Part shown: positions 54,972 to 63,825 of the stretch, piece after piece
How positions within the stretch are numbered: position 1 is the stretch's first letter
Layout of the letters: each line of letters opens with the position of its first letter
Translations under genes and position numbers: made by a program
Notes under the pieces: model-generated
The model's database searches: none
Seen by the model: the letters and a program-made list of their open reading frames with translations, nothing else
Told to the model about the DNA's origin: nothing
Source: a virus
Reading direction: 5' to 3' (one strand)
IMG/VR virus record: IMGVR_UViG_3300021289_000001
Length of the DNA stretch: 64,000 bases

Positions 54972-55424
54972 TTACACCTTAGCAAGCGTTATACCTGTTT
55001 GCGCCTGGTACTTTCCTTTGCGGTCGGCATAGGATATTTCCGGCTCGCCGTCGCCCTCGAAGAAGAGTCCAGAAATGATTAATGATTTATCTCTGACTCT
55101 TAATACGACTTCCATTGTGTCCGATAGTTCTTTTGTTTTTAGTATTTGCCACGCACAAAAGAGCATGATATACGGGGGTGATTTCAAAAATAAATCAAAT
55201 GGGATCGTAGAGACTTGTTCGGCAAAATGCCACTCTTTGTGGCATCCTTCACAGAGGGAAATCAGATTGTCCATTTCGTATTCCCCCAGATCCTGTTCGG
55301 CCAAGACATGGTGCGCATGAAGATTGCTCGTCATTCCACACCTTACACAACAGTAGTTATCTCTTGCGTGTACTGCCTGTTTAATCTTCTGATTTTGATA
55401 TTTTTTCATTTTGCCCCCACCCAC
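54972..55424 (-). CDS. HNH endonuclease fused to the displaced dcd C-terminus
   Basis: CVRC...LHAHH...DNLISLCEGCHKEWH; last 30 aa match the dcd end. Confidence 0.85.
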   Translation of the reverse strand: MGGGKMKKYQNQKIKQAVHARDNYCCVRCGMTSNLHAHHVLAEQDLGEYEMDNLISLCEGCHKEWHFAEQVSTIPFDLFLKSPPYIMLFCAWQILKTKELSDTMEVVLRVRDKSLIISGLFFEGDGEPEISYADRKGKYQAQTGITLAKV

Positions 55425-55939
55425 GTTCGATTGTCTCTAATCTCGCGAATCGTTGACCAATGCACGTTAAATGTTCTTCCGATTTCACGCATCGATACCC
55501 CGCCATCGAGCATCTCTCTTATCCTTGGCACATCATCGCTACACAATTTTGCATTGTGGTGATCTGGGCCAAGTCTAACGCCGTTGGACCTTTTTCTATG
55601 TAAAACCCTGAATGAATGTTTCAGGTTGTCGGATGCTGAAACCCATTCCAAATTGCTCGCCCGATTGTCAGACCGAACTCCATTTATATGATTGCATTGA
55701 TAACCATCTGGACAATCACCAATAAAAGCGCAGGCGACTAACCGATGAACCAACATAGGCTTTTGTGCGCCATCTTTGGTTAGACCAATAATGACATACC
55801 CATTATTGTTAACATGTAACTTCATAATCTTTCCAGGCTTTGATGTGCGACTGCCACTTTTGCGCTTTACATTACCGTAATCGCTAACCATATATAAACC
55901 TTCATACCCATTCACATCAAGCCATTTCTCATCATTCAT
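55406..55939 (-). CDS. NUMOD4-HNH homing endonuclease
   Basis: WLDVNGYEGLYMVSDYGNV (NUMOD4), VHRLVA, NHINGVRSDNRASNLEW, C-terminal HTH. Confidence 0.93.
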   Translation of the reverse strand: MNDEKWLDVNGYEGLYMVSDYGNVKRKSGSRTSKPGKIMKLHVNNNGYVIIGLTKDGAQKPMLVHRLVACAFIGDCPDGYQCNHINGVRSDNRASNLEWVSASDNLKHSFRVLHRKRSNGVRLGPDHHNAKLCSDDVPRIREMLDGGVSMREIGRTFNVHWSTIREIRDNRTWVGAK

Positions 55940-55960
55940 TGCCTATCTCCTTATTATTGT

Positions 55961-56040
55961 TATACCGCAGATATACCGTTATTATACCGTAGAACTAGAT
56001 ATTTGCCAAATCGGACAAACTGCGGTATATTTGCGGTAAA
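55961..56040. promoter_or_regulatory. Operator array and promoter between HNH and RHH genes
   Basis: TATACCG at 55961, 55972, 55983; inverted CGGTAWA at 56023, 56034; TTGCCA-17-TATATT. Confidence 0.65.
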
Positions 56041-56051
56041 GGAGAATAATA

Positions 56052-56219
56052 ATGGACAAAAAAGTAAAACGAAGTTACACAATCACAGATTCCGCCGATG
56101 CTCTTCTTGCTCAATTAGCCATCAAGAATGGCGTAAGCAAGACTGCTATTCTTGAATTGCTAATCAGAAAAGAAGCAAGAGAACAAGGGGTAGAAATCAA
56201 GAAACTAGACGCGGGATAA
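56052..56219 (+). CDS. Ribbon-helix-helix protein (55 aa)
   Basis: Below the track cutoff; [44 protein letters not shown]; SD AAGGAG. Confidence 0.8.
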   Translation: MDKKVKRSYTITDSADALLAQLAIKNGVSKTAILELLIRKEAREQGVEIKKLDAG

Positions 56220-56792
56220 AGTTATTCCGGTCTGATTTTGATATTTACCTTTTCTATCCGCATAAGAAATCTCAGGCTCTTCACCCTCAAAGAAAATGCA
56301 CTGCGCAATGCCCTCGTTAGCATAGATTTTGCAGGGTAGCGGCGTTGTGTTGGATATTTCGATGGTGACATAACCTTCCCAGCCTGGCTCAAACGGCGTA
56401 AAGTTGCAGATGATCCCGCATCTGGCATACGTGCTTTTGCCTAAACAAAGCGCCATGATGTTGCGCGGGATGCGGAAATATTCCACGCTGCGCCCCAGGG
56501 CAAAACTGTTGGGCGGAATGATGCACACATCGCCTTTGAAGGGAACCAGGGCCGATTCGTCAAAGTTCTTAGGGTCAATGTGAGTCAGTCTGCCGGTTGC
56601 CGCCGTGAATATGCGGAACTCATCAGAGATGCGCATATCATAGCCGAAGGATGATAAACCGTAGGAGATGACAGATATTTCATCTTGCCAAATATCGTTA
56701 GTTCGATGGATTTTTACCTGTTCATCAACAAATGGCTCAATCATACCGCAATTCTGCGCTAGGTTGCGGATCTTCCAATCTGGTTTAATCAT
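56205..56792 (-). CDS. dcd: dCTP deaminase
   Basis: [47 protein letters not shown]. Confidence 0.97.
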   Translation of the reverse strand: MIKPDWKIRNLAQNCGMIEPFVDEQVKIHRTNDIWQDEISVISYGLSSFGYDMRISDEFRIFTAATGRLTHIDPKNFDESALVPFKGDVCIIPPNSFALGRSVEYFRIPRNIMALCLGKSTYARCGIICNFTPFEPGWEGYVTIEISNTTPLPCKIYANEGIAQCIFFEGEEPEISYADRKGKYQNQTGITLSRV

Positions 56793-57022
56793 TCTGTCTC
56801 CTTTATCAATCTATTGATTATTTCTTGCACACGTTTTATTTGCAATGCGGTACAGTACATCTCAAAACGTTCGCCTGCTAACAGCCGACGCGCCGCCCGC
56901 TCTTCGTCTTGTTCCACGATTTCCCGTGGCTTGTTGGTGACGAAGTTATAGGTGATCACCTTGCCCTCTTTGAGCTTTATGGGCCTACACGGGATGTTGT
57001 GCGTGTCGCCGGCTATTGCCAT
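56789..57022 (-). CDS. Hypothetical protein
   Basis: Coupled ORF. Confidence 0.55.
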   Translation of the reverse strand: MAIAGDTHNIPCRPIKLKEGKVITYNFVTNKPREIVEQDEERAARRLLAGERFEMYCTALQIKRVQEIINRLIKETE

Positions 57023-57025
57023 AAG

Positions 57026-57679
57026 TCACCACCTTGTTGACCCACGAAAATTAATATGCGTATCGCCTGTGCTTTCAATCGGTCGCCTATACTCCTTGGC
57101 GCAGTCGTTACACAGCGGAAACTTATCAATCAAATGATGAGCAGCGTTACCACACTCGCACCACCCATGCGGCCCATGCCCCCAAAGCTTATCTGGCCTT
57201 TCTTTTTTGAATCGGCGCAAATATTCATAGCAACGTTCGCAGCGCCCTGACTTTTTGCGTAGCACAGCATCCAGCGGTATGCCACAAGTCTTGCATACCG
57301 GATCATCTTGAAAGTATTTACGCGGCCGTTCTTTGCCGTGGTTATACCAATAACGATAACAGGATGTACAGCGCATATAGCCCATGATCGACGGATTACC
57401 GCAATTTTTACACCATCTGGGCAATTCGGCTTCCTGAATCCGCCGTTGCCAAAGCTCTTTTGGTCGCTCAATGCCTTTGCGTAAAACATATTGCCGACAG
57501 GCCCGACATCGACCGTAGCCGTTTATTTGCTCGCGTCCGCAATTGATGCAGGACGCATAAACGCCTCTGGTCGTTGGACACGCTGGACGCTCTGACCCAT
57601 GCCGGTAATAATAGGTCGAACAGCGTTGACAGCGGCCCTTAGTGAATGTTGGGCGCTCGTTACAGATTGTGCATAACAT
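57026..57679 (-). CDS. Multi-zinc-finger repeat protein
   Basis: Four to five repeats of CxxC...GxCxxCYxY...GxERP. Confidence 0.7.
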   Translation of the reverse strand: MLCTICNERPTFTKGRCQRCSTYYYRHGSERPACPTTRGVYASCINCGREQINGYGRCRACRQYVLRKGIERPKELWQRRIQEAELPRWCKNCGNPSIMGYMRCTSCYRYWYNHGKERPRKYFQDDPVCKTCGIPLDAVLRKKSGRCERCYEYLRRFKKERPDKLWGHGPHGWCECGNAAHHLIDKFPLCNDCAKEYRRPIESTGDTHINFRGSTRW

Positions 57680-57701
57680 GATTAAACTTTCTGTTTTGGT
57701 A

Positions 57702-57746
57702 GGGCACAGGAATCACAGGAATTCAATTCCTGTGATTCCTGTGCCC
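57702..57746. repeat. Perfect 21-bp inverted repeat with tandem 9-bp unit
   Basis: GGGCACAGGAATCACAGGAAT-tca-ATTCCTGTGATTCCTGTGCCC. Confidence 0.9.
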
Positions 57747-57833
57747 GGCTGCCCTCTGCCATCCTTTGACGTTGCCACACCAGCAACGAAAGATGACCCC
57801 CTGTTGGAGAACGGCTATTCACCGCTCACGCTG

Positions 57834-58118
57834 TTAGCTAGCGTGATCATCGGTTGCGGGCAGTGATTGCCTTAGCATATTCATAAAGATTGACCACTGC
57901 TCATCGGTGCAAGCGGGTAGCTCTTTACGCTCAAACTTGGGTAGCCAAGTTTGTTCAAACTCTTTTGCGCTACACACGACCCAACGCGGCACGCTGCGCG
58001 CTTGCCTAACATGTGGACCCCAGCCGCCACGGTTATAAATAAATACCGGACCCTCTGCGAATTGTCTAGTTGCCATTGATTGCCCTCTCCGCCAACTTCC
58101 TGGCAGTAAAAAACCCAC
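57834..58118 (-). CDS. Hypothetical protein
   Basis: ORF in operon; start uncertain. Confidence 0.45.
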   Translation of the reverse strand: MGFLLPGSWRRGQSMATRQFAEGPVFIYNRGGWGPHVRQARSVPRWVVCSAKEFEQTWLPKFERKELPACTDEQWSIFMNMLRQSLPATDDHAS

Positions 58119-58166
58119 GTACAGTAGACAGCGCCTATTTATACCTTGATGTTGAATTTGGCGTTC

Positions 58167-58604
58167 CTATGCGTTTTTCAAATAACTAATGATTTGACTT
58201 AGGTAATTATCGGTCGCCATGCCGGTAGGAATGCGAATGAGTCGATAGCCCAGCATGGTCGCCGTGTTGAGCTTGACGCAATCTTCGATAAACCCTTTTG
58301 GGCGAACATGACGACCATTCGTATATATGCCGCCGTCTAGCTCAATCACGGTGCGCGTCGCTTCGTGCAAGTAATCGTTGTGCCATTTGCGTTCCTGGCA
58401 AACCTTAGATTCTTTGATCAGCTCAGGCCCGCCGCACCGTTGCCAAACATTCTCGAACTGGCGAGCGAAGGATTCACGCATCTCACGTTCTAGATCCCGG
58501 CGCGCATCGGTCTTGGTTTCTTTCGCCGGGATCTGTGTTAGCTGGGGATTCAGCGCTGCGACATCGGGCGATAGGGTTAAATCGGCAAGGTTAAGTCTAG
58601 TCAT
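58167..58604 (-). CDS. DUF559/Vsr-like PD-(D/E)xK endonuclease
   Basis: RKWHND...VIELDGG...GRH...DCVKLN.A..LGY. Confidence 0.85.
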   Translation of the reverse strand: MTRLNLADLTLSPDVAALNPQLTQIPAKETKTDARRDLEREMRESFARQFENVWQRCGGPELIKESKVCQERKWHNDYLHEATRTVIELDGGIYTNGRHVRPKGFIEDCVKLNTATMLGYRLIRIPTGMATDNYLSQIISYLKNA

Positions 58605-58810
58605 TCGTTTTCCTCACTTTCAAATATCGGCCCCAGCGCCGCCTCATCCGCCACGGGATCATCGCCCTTCTTGCGCTTACGGGTCCTGACAACCTCACGC
58701 TCCATTGCTTCTAGCGCCTGTAACAGCGTGTAATCGGCTGGGCAAAATGCCGTCTCGCTACCGTAGGCGGCGAGACGTGCGGCGCGCCTTGCCCGTTCAC
58801 GAGGGGTCAT
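58601..58810 (-). CDS. Hypothetical protein
   Basis: Coupled ORF. Confidence 0.55.
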   Translation of the reverse strand: MTPRERARRAARLAAYGSETAFCPADYTLLQALEAMEREVVRTRKRKKGDDPVADEAALGPIFESEENE

Positions 58811-59169
58811 GGCACTGCCTCTTCAAACGCCGGGTTATCGCCATAGCTACCGCACGTCGGATGGATGCACTGTTTGCACGGCTTCTGGTAAGCACATTCC
58901 TGTTGCCGCTTCATTATCGCATCATATTTCATGTCCGCTTGGGTCAATTCTTTGACAGCAACAAGCGAATCGTTGTATTTCATGGCAGCTTCTACAAGCA
59001 CTTCAAGAATGCGCCGGTTTAACGGCCCCACAACGGCTGGTATGGTTTCGATTTCTTTTATCACCACGGTTACCGTTTTCCCTTTAACTTTGCGTTGCTT
59101 TGTGACTTCTCGGACATGCGGTTCCAGCGCTTTCAACGCCTTTTCGATGGCAACGTCAAGATTTGTCAT
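58807..59169 (-). CDS. Hypothetical protein with C-terminal Cys cluster
   Basis: Coupled ORF. Confidence 0.55.
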   Translation of the reverse strand: MTNLDVAIEKALKALEPHVREVTKQRKVKGKTVTVVIKEIETIPAVVGPLNRRILEVLVEAAMKYNDSLVAVKELTQADMKYDAIMKRQQECAYQKPCKQCIHPTCGSYGDNPAFEEAVP

Positions 59170-61724
59170 GCCGTCACCGCTTCTTCTTGTGCCACATCAA
59201 ACAACGACGGCGTAGAGCGTTGCAATTCAGCATCTTGGCTATACTTGACGTTGTTCTCCCAGTACATGCTATTTAACTCGATAGAATAGCCGCGCCGGCC
59301 CTCTTTGATGGCCACAACGCTAACGGTGCCCAGACCGCCAAACATATCGAGCACCAGATCCCCAGGATTGGTATAGCGGCGCATCAGGCGCTCTACGATG
59401 TCGAGCGGCAATGGGCAAACGTGCTTTTCGACACGGCGACGCGCTTGGTTCATATTCAATGTACGCATGAAAAGAACATCGGTCCAAACGTACTCTTCTT
59501 GTTCAGCAGGCGCTTGTGGGGGCATAACCATGAATTTAGCGGGCAGCCGGTCGCCCAAAGCTTCATTGAAAGCGACGTGCTGCTCAAAGTCGTAGGGGTT
59601 TTCTTTGCTCCAAGCCTTATACCAGTTGTAAATCTGGCCCGTATCCATGCCACGCAATAGCTCAGGATTCTCGATCGGCGTCAAGGCTTCGCCGTTGCTG
59701 CGCCACGTCTGATGAGCGTCAATCTGCCAGCGGCCTCGGCTATATTCAGCCTTGTCTTTGCGCACCGGCTCATCAGCATAAGAGCGGGTTTTGTCGGTTT
59801 GTGGCTTGCGGAATAATAGGACATATTCAGGCATACCCACACCCATCTTTGACCCATCTTTGCAATTCTCAGACCAGCCAAGCCGATTCGTTGAGTTGTT
59901 TTCTCTTACCACATCGGTTGGAATCGTTATACGTCCGTAGCTAACAAAGCCGTGCTTGCGAAAGGCCCGGTTGCAATCATCGCTGAACGGATCCACTTCC
60001 ATCATGCCATGCGGTGTCTGGTGCCCATAGAGCAAGCGGTCTTTAACGTGGATACATGCCATGCGGCCAGGCTTGAGGATGCGCAACAATTCAGGGATCA
60101 GGAAGTCCATTTGTAGCCAGAAGTCTTCATCGGCAGCATTATGGCCGAAGTCATTCAAGGAAGCGACGTATTCATAATGGTTGCCGAACGGAATAGAGGT
60201 AATCATGGCATCAATGGAGTTATCCGCCATTGTCATCGTTTCAATGACACAATCATTATTGACAGCGGTAAATAAATTACCGTGTACCACCTGACGCGTA
60301 ATGCCCAAGGTGCGCTGCATACCGGCGGTTAGCGCCTCATTCGTTAGGCCAAACTCTTTGATAATCTGGCGCATCCGCTTGACCATCTCATCATGTTGAC
60401 GCCATTTCTTCATCAGCACGTCAACCACGTGATCCTCGGCGTCAGTGTGGATAATGTCAATGCGCACAGTGTGATTCTGGCCGTAGCGTTGGAGCCGGTG
60501 TAGCGACTGGATAAACTCGCGGAACTTGAAGCCGACGCCTAAGTAGATTGCTCTGTGGCAATGGCGCTGAAAGTTTGGCCCGCTGCCCAGCATAGACGGT
60601 TTAGCGGCCAAAATCTTGATACGGCCGTGAGTGAAATCTAGCGTGAGCTTCTCAGCTTCATCGTCTTTTTGGGAGCCATAGACAGCCTTAGAATTTGGAA
60701 TAGCCTTGGCAATGGCGCGGCGCTCATCCTCTAAATCGTGCCAAATTAGGAAGTGATCATCCGGTGATTCTGCAACAAGCCCAGCAGCGCAGACGGTGCG
60801 AGCATCAAGGCTGTCATGTTTCTCGCGCATCGCTTGCGTGACGCCAGCAGAGGTGTCTTTGAACAAATAATGCTGGCCGTCGCGGTCAACCAGATCCCAC
60901 GCCTTCTGGTGATCAGCTGTGAGCCGGTGAAACTTGATGTCTAACTCTGGCATGACATAGCCGGTATCGTCATAACCAAGGTCGGATGGCGTGTCAACGA
61001 ACAAGGCCCAACTTGCCACCCATAACCAAAATTCTTTCTCCATGTGGGCAAGCAAAACCAAATCGCCAGCTTTATCAGGATTGCGACCAAACCAGCGGGT
61101 CAAACTTTGACCTGCGTCCATTGCATCTAGGAAATCAGCGAAATAAATAAGTTGGCGGTAATCGTTGGGCGCCGGTGTAGCCGTTGCTACCCAGCGGTAG
61201 GGGATCTCACTCAGTATGCGGCTGAATTCTTGTTGGGTCTTGGTGCCCAGGTTGCCCAGGATAGCGCCTTCATCCAGACAGACGCCAGCGATATTTTCTT
61301 GTAAAAACGCTTCGCTAATTTGACCATCGCGCACGCGTTCATAGTTCGTGATGAGATATGGCGTCTCAGCGGCTAGACCTTGCTCATCAGTGCCGATATA
61401 GGCGAACTGTACGCCCATCGCTGGCCCATCCTCATGGATGAATTGATGCTTTACCCCTAGTGGGCAAATCACGAGCACCTTGCGCCCTGTGTGCATGTGA
61501 ACCTGGCGCAGAATCTCAATTTGAATGCGACTTTTGCCCATGCCAAACTTAGCCGCAATAAGCGCTTTGCCACGCTGCAAGGCCCAGCTCACGATGTCAC
61601 GCTGATGGGGAAACAATGAGGGGTGAAACTCGATGACGTTCAAGCCGCCGCTGGCAACCAGTTGATTCTTGTTTCTTAAGAATTGCATGTAGTACGCTAA
61701 CTTATTCATGATCTCCCTTTCCAA
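59166..61724 (-). CDS. SNF2-type helicase fused to beta-class N4-C/N6-A DNA methyltransferase
   Basis: GMGKS, CLDEG, TATP, RLQRYGQ; then TSIPF (motif IV), LLRILKPG, DMFGGLGT (motif I). Confidence 0.9.
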   Translation of the reverse strand: MEREIMNKLAYYMQFLRNKNQLVASGGLNVIEFHPSLFPHQRDIVSWALQRGKALIAAKFGMGKSRIQIEILRQVHMHTGRKVLVICPLGVKHQFIHEDGPAMGVQFAYIGTDEQGLAAETPYLITNYERVRDGQISEAFLQENIAGVCLDEGAILGNLGTKTQQEFSRILSEIPYRWVATATPAPNDYRQLIYFADFLDAMDAGQSLTRWFGRNPDKAGDLVLLAHMEKEFWLWVASWALFVDTPSDLGYDDTGYVMPELDIKFHRLTADHQKAWDLVDRDGQHYLFKDTSAGVTQAMREKHDSLDARTVCAAGLVAESPDDHFLIWHDLEDERRAIAKAIPNSKAVYGSQKDDEAEKLTLDFTHGRIKILAAKPSMLGSGPNFQRHCHRAIYLGVGFKFREFIQSLHRLQRYGQNHTVRIDIIHTDAEDHVVDVLMKKWRQHDEMVKRMRQIIKEFGLTNEALTAGMQRTLGITRQVVHGNLFTAVNNDCVIETMTMADNSIDAMITSIPFGNHYEYVASLNDFGHNAADEDFWLQMDFLIPELLRILKPGRMACIHVKDRLLYGHQTPHGMMEVDPFSDDCNRAFRKHGFVSYGRITIPTDVVRENNSTNRLGWSENCKDGSKMGVGMPEYVLLFRKPQTDKTRSYADEPVRKDKAEYSRGRWQIDAHQTWRSNGEALTPIENPELLRGMDTGQIYNWYKAWSKENPYDFEQHVAFNEALGDRLPAKFMVMPPQAPAEQEEYVWTDVLFMRTLNMNQARRRVEKHVCPLPLDIVERLMRRYTNPGDLVLDMFGGLGTVSVVAIKEGRRGYSIELNSMYWENNVKYSQDAELQRSTPSLFDVAQEEAVTA

Positions 61725-61739
61725 AAATGATTTAGTATC

Positions 61740-61784
61740 TTAGTTATTGATTATAGCAGTTTTTTACTATTTGTCAATAACTAA
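61740..61784 (-). promoter_or_regulatory. Promoter of the methyltransferase operon with two TTAGTTATTGA copies
   Basis: TTGACA (61777-61772)-16 bp ending TGC-TATAAT (61755-61750); exact inverted 11-mers at 61740 and 61774. Confidence 0.8.
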
Positions 61785-61812
61785 TATGGTAGATTGACGG
61801 TAAAAAAATAGT

Positions 61813-62088
61813 TTAGCGAGTGACAGACACTTCTGGTTCGGTCGATAGGCTATTCTCAGCGCTTTCTAGCGCTTCGTATATCTCATTGCATTCCTCATCG
61901 GTCAGTTGCCGTACTTCGGGACCAAACACGTTCAGGCGGATCATTTGCACTCGATACAGCCAACGTGTATAGGCTTCCGGCACGGGTTGACCGTTGCTTA
62001 GTTTGTTGGCGATGAACTTGCTTAACCAGTTGGTCAACGCATCGGGCGGCAAAAGGAGCGCTAAAGCGTCTTGCTGTGCTTGGGTCAT
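61813..62088 (-). CDS. Hypothetical protein
   Basis: Coupled to the helicase. Confidence 0.55.
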   Translation of the reverse strand: MTQAQQDALALLLPPDALTNWLSKFIANKLSNGQPVPEAYTRWLYRVQMIRLNVFGPEVRQLTDEECNEIYEALESAENSLSTEPEVSVTR

Positions 62089-63800
62089 GCTGCCACCGCC
62101 ATTGATGACGGCTGTCCAGCCCGTTTGATTGCTTGCATAATCAACTTCTCATTGATGGCATCTGATAGTTTGCCCGCTGTCATGCCGTCCACATAAACCC
62201 GCAATTTTTGACCAAGGGCTATTTGATTCTCGGACGGCTGGCGTAATCGCCAGGGTGCGTTAGCGTGGGTTAGCGTGTTGCGCCCGTATTTTTTCGTAAA
62301 CTCTTCAGTTTGCGCGGCCACGGTTTCAAACTCCCCTTGCAAATATAATTTCGCCTGGTTCCAGCGCTCTCCCTCTTTTCGCCAGATGGCCCATAGCTGG
62401 GTGCCACATGGCGAGACGGCCAACGAGCGGTCAATGTTATCTTCACCTTTGCCGAGCGAAACGATACGCCAGCCCTCAGCAGTGGCGGCCCATGCTTCTT
62501 TGCGATTGCTAAAATAATCCAGCATGACATATTCGATATGGTCGCCAGCTTTGTGGAGTGGCTTGTCTACCATGCCACCACCACCACCGCCCAGGCTTGC
62601 CCATACCGGCGGCTTGCGCTTCTTTAGCCCTAACTTGATCATGCGCATGTCCAAGTTGCGGGCGCCTATCGGCTGATAGTCGAAGATGTCAACATTGCCT
62701 TTGCCAGGATGAATGCGCAGGCATCGCCCTACCATTTGCAGATATAGAGCGTCTGACTTCGTTGGGCGCACCAGGTGACAGCATTCTAACTGCGGCAGAT
62801 CCAACCCCTCGGTCCACAGTTGGCAATTCACCAGTGTCGTGTACTTGCCGCTACGGAAGCCGTCTAAAATATCGCTACGTTCGCACTTGTCGGTTGTGCC
62901 ATCGGCGGCAATGGCCTTGATGCCCTGCGCTTGGAGTAAGCCAGCCAGCCGGTACGCGCCGGCCACGGAGGGGACAAAGGCAATCGTGGGGCGATGGCCG
63001 ATTTTATCCATGTGGGTTTTGACGACAAGCTTAAAGCAATCATCTGTTTCGACGGCCGCAACAAGCTGCTCATTGTTATAGTCCCGATTGCCGCCGCTAC
63101 CTTGTACGCTGACGCCTGATAGGTCGATATTCGTTTTGACGCCATGTACGTTGGGCTGGCACAAAAAGCCCTCATCGATCAAGCGCATCACGCCGACGTT
63201 GGCAGCTTCCTTCTCAAAGACTTCGCTCAAACTCTTCTTGTCGCCGCGCTCAGGTGTAGCGGTGACGCCCAGCAGCTTGAGCGCTGGGTTAGCCGTGCGC
63301 AGGCCAGTGATTACGTTGTTGTACGTTCCTTCATTCTTGCAATGATGCGCCTCATCGATGATGAGCAGGTCAATTTTGCCGTAACTCAAAAGCTCTTGAA
63401 GCCGGTGATCTTTCTTATTACCCAACGTTTGGACCGTTGCGATAATGATTTGGCGATGACAATCATTCGTGTTCGCCATAACGATCCCGGCGCGCTGGGT
63501 TAGGTGCGGCCAGAATTGACCCAGGCGGGCAAGAGGTTGATCGATCAACTCCTTGCGATGCGCCATAATCGCCACCCTTGCGCCGGGATTCTCGCTGATG
63601 TAGCGTTCCACCACGCCAAACAGGATATTTGTCTTGCCGGCGCCGGTTGCCGCCACCGCTAACACACTGTTGTGTGATTGCCAGTCAACAAAGACGGCAT
63701 CGATTATTTCAGTTTGATAAGGTCGCCATTCGATAGTCATGGTATAATTGCTCTCGGAAGGTTTACGCTTCCACAATGGCCTGTTGGGTGTTCTCAGCAC
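62085..63800 (-). CDS. SF2 DEAH-box helicase (IRC3/ResIII-like)
   Basis: RPYQ, ATGAGKT, DEAHH, TATP, QMVGRCLR. Confidence 0.93.
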   Translation of the reverse strand: MLRTPNRPLWKRKPSESNYTMTIEWRPYQTEIIDAVFVDWQSHNSVLAVAATGAGKTNILFGVVERYISENPGARVAIMAHRKELIDQPLARLGQFWPHLTQRAGIVMANTNDCHRQIIIATVQTLGNKKDHRLQELLSYGKIDLLIIDEAHHCKNEGTYNNVITGLRTANPALKLLGVTATPERGDKKSLSEVFEKEAANVGVMRLIDEGFLCQPNVHGVKTNIDLSGVSVQGSGGNRDYNNEQLVAAVETDDCFKLVVKTHMDKIGHRPTIAFVPSVAGAYRLAGLLQAQGIKAIAADGTTDKCERSDILDGFRSGKYTTLVNCQLWTEGLDLPQLECCHLVRPTKSDALYLQMVGRCLRIHPGKGNVDIFDYQPIGARNLDMRMIKLGLKKRKPPVWASLGGGGGGMVDKPLHKAGDHIEYVMLDYFSNRKEAWAATAEGWRIVSLGKGEDNIDRSLAVSPCGTQLWAIWRKEGERWNQAKLYLQGEFETVAAQTEEFTKKYGRNTLTHANAPWRLRQPSENQIALGQKLRVYVDGMTAGKLSDAINEKLIMQAIKRAGQPSSMAVAA

Positions 63801-63825
63801 TCAACGGGTCTTTTTATTTGGCAGA

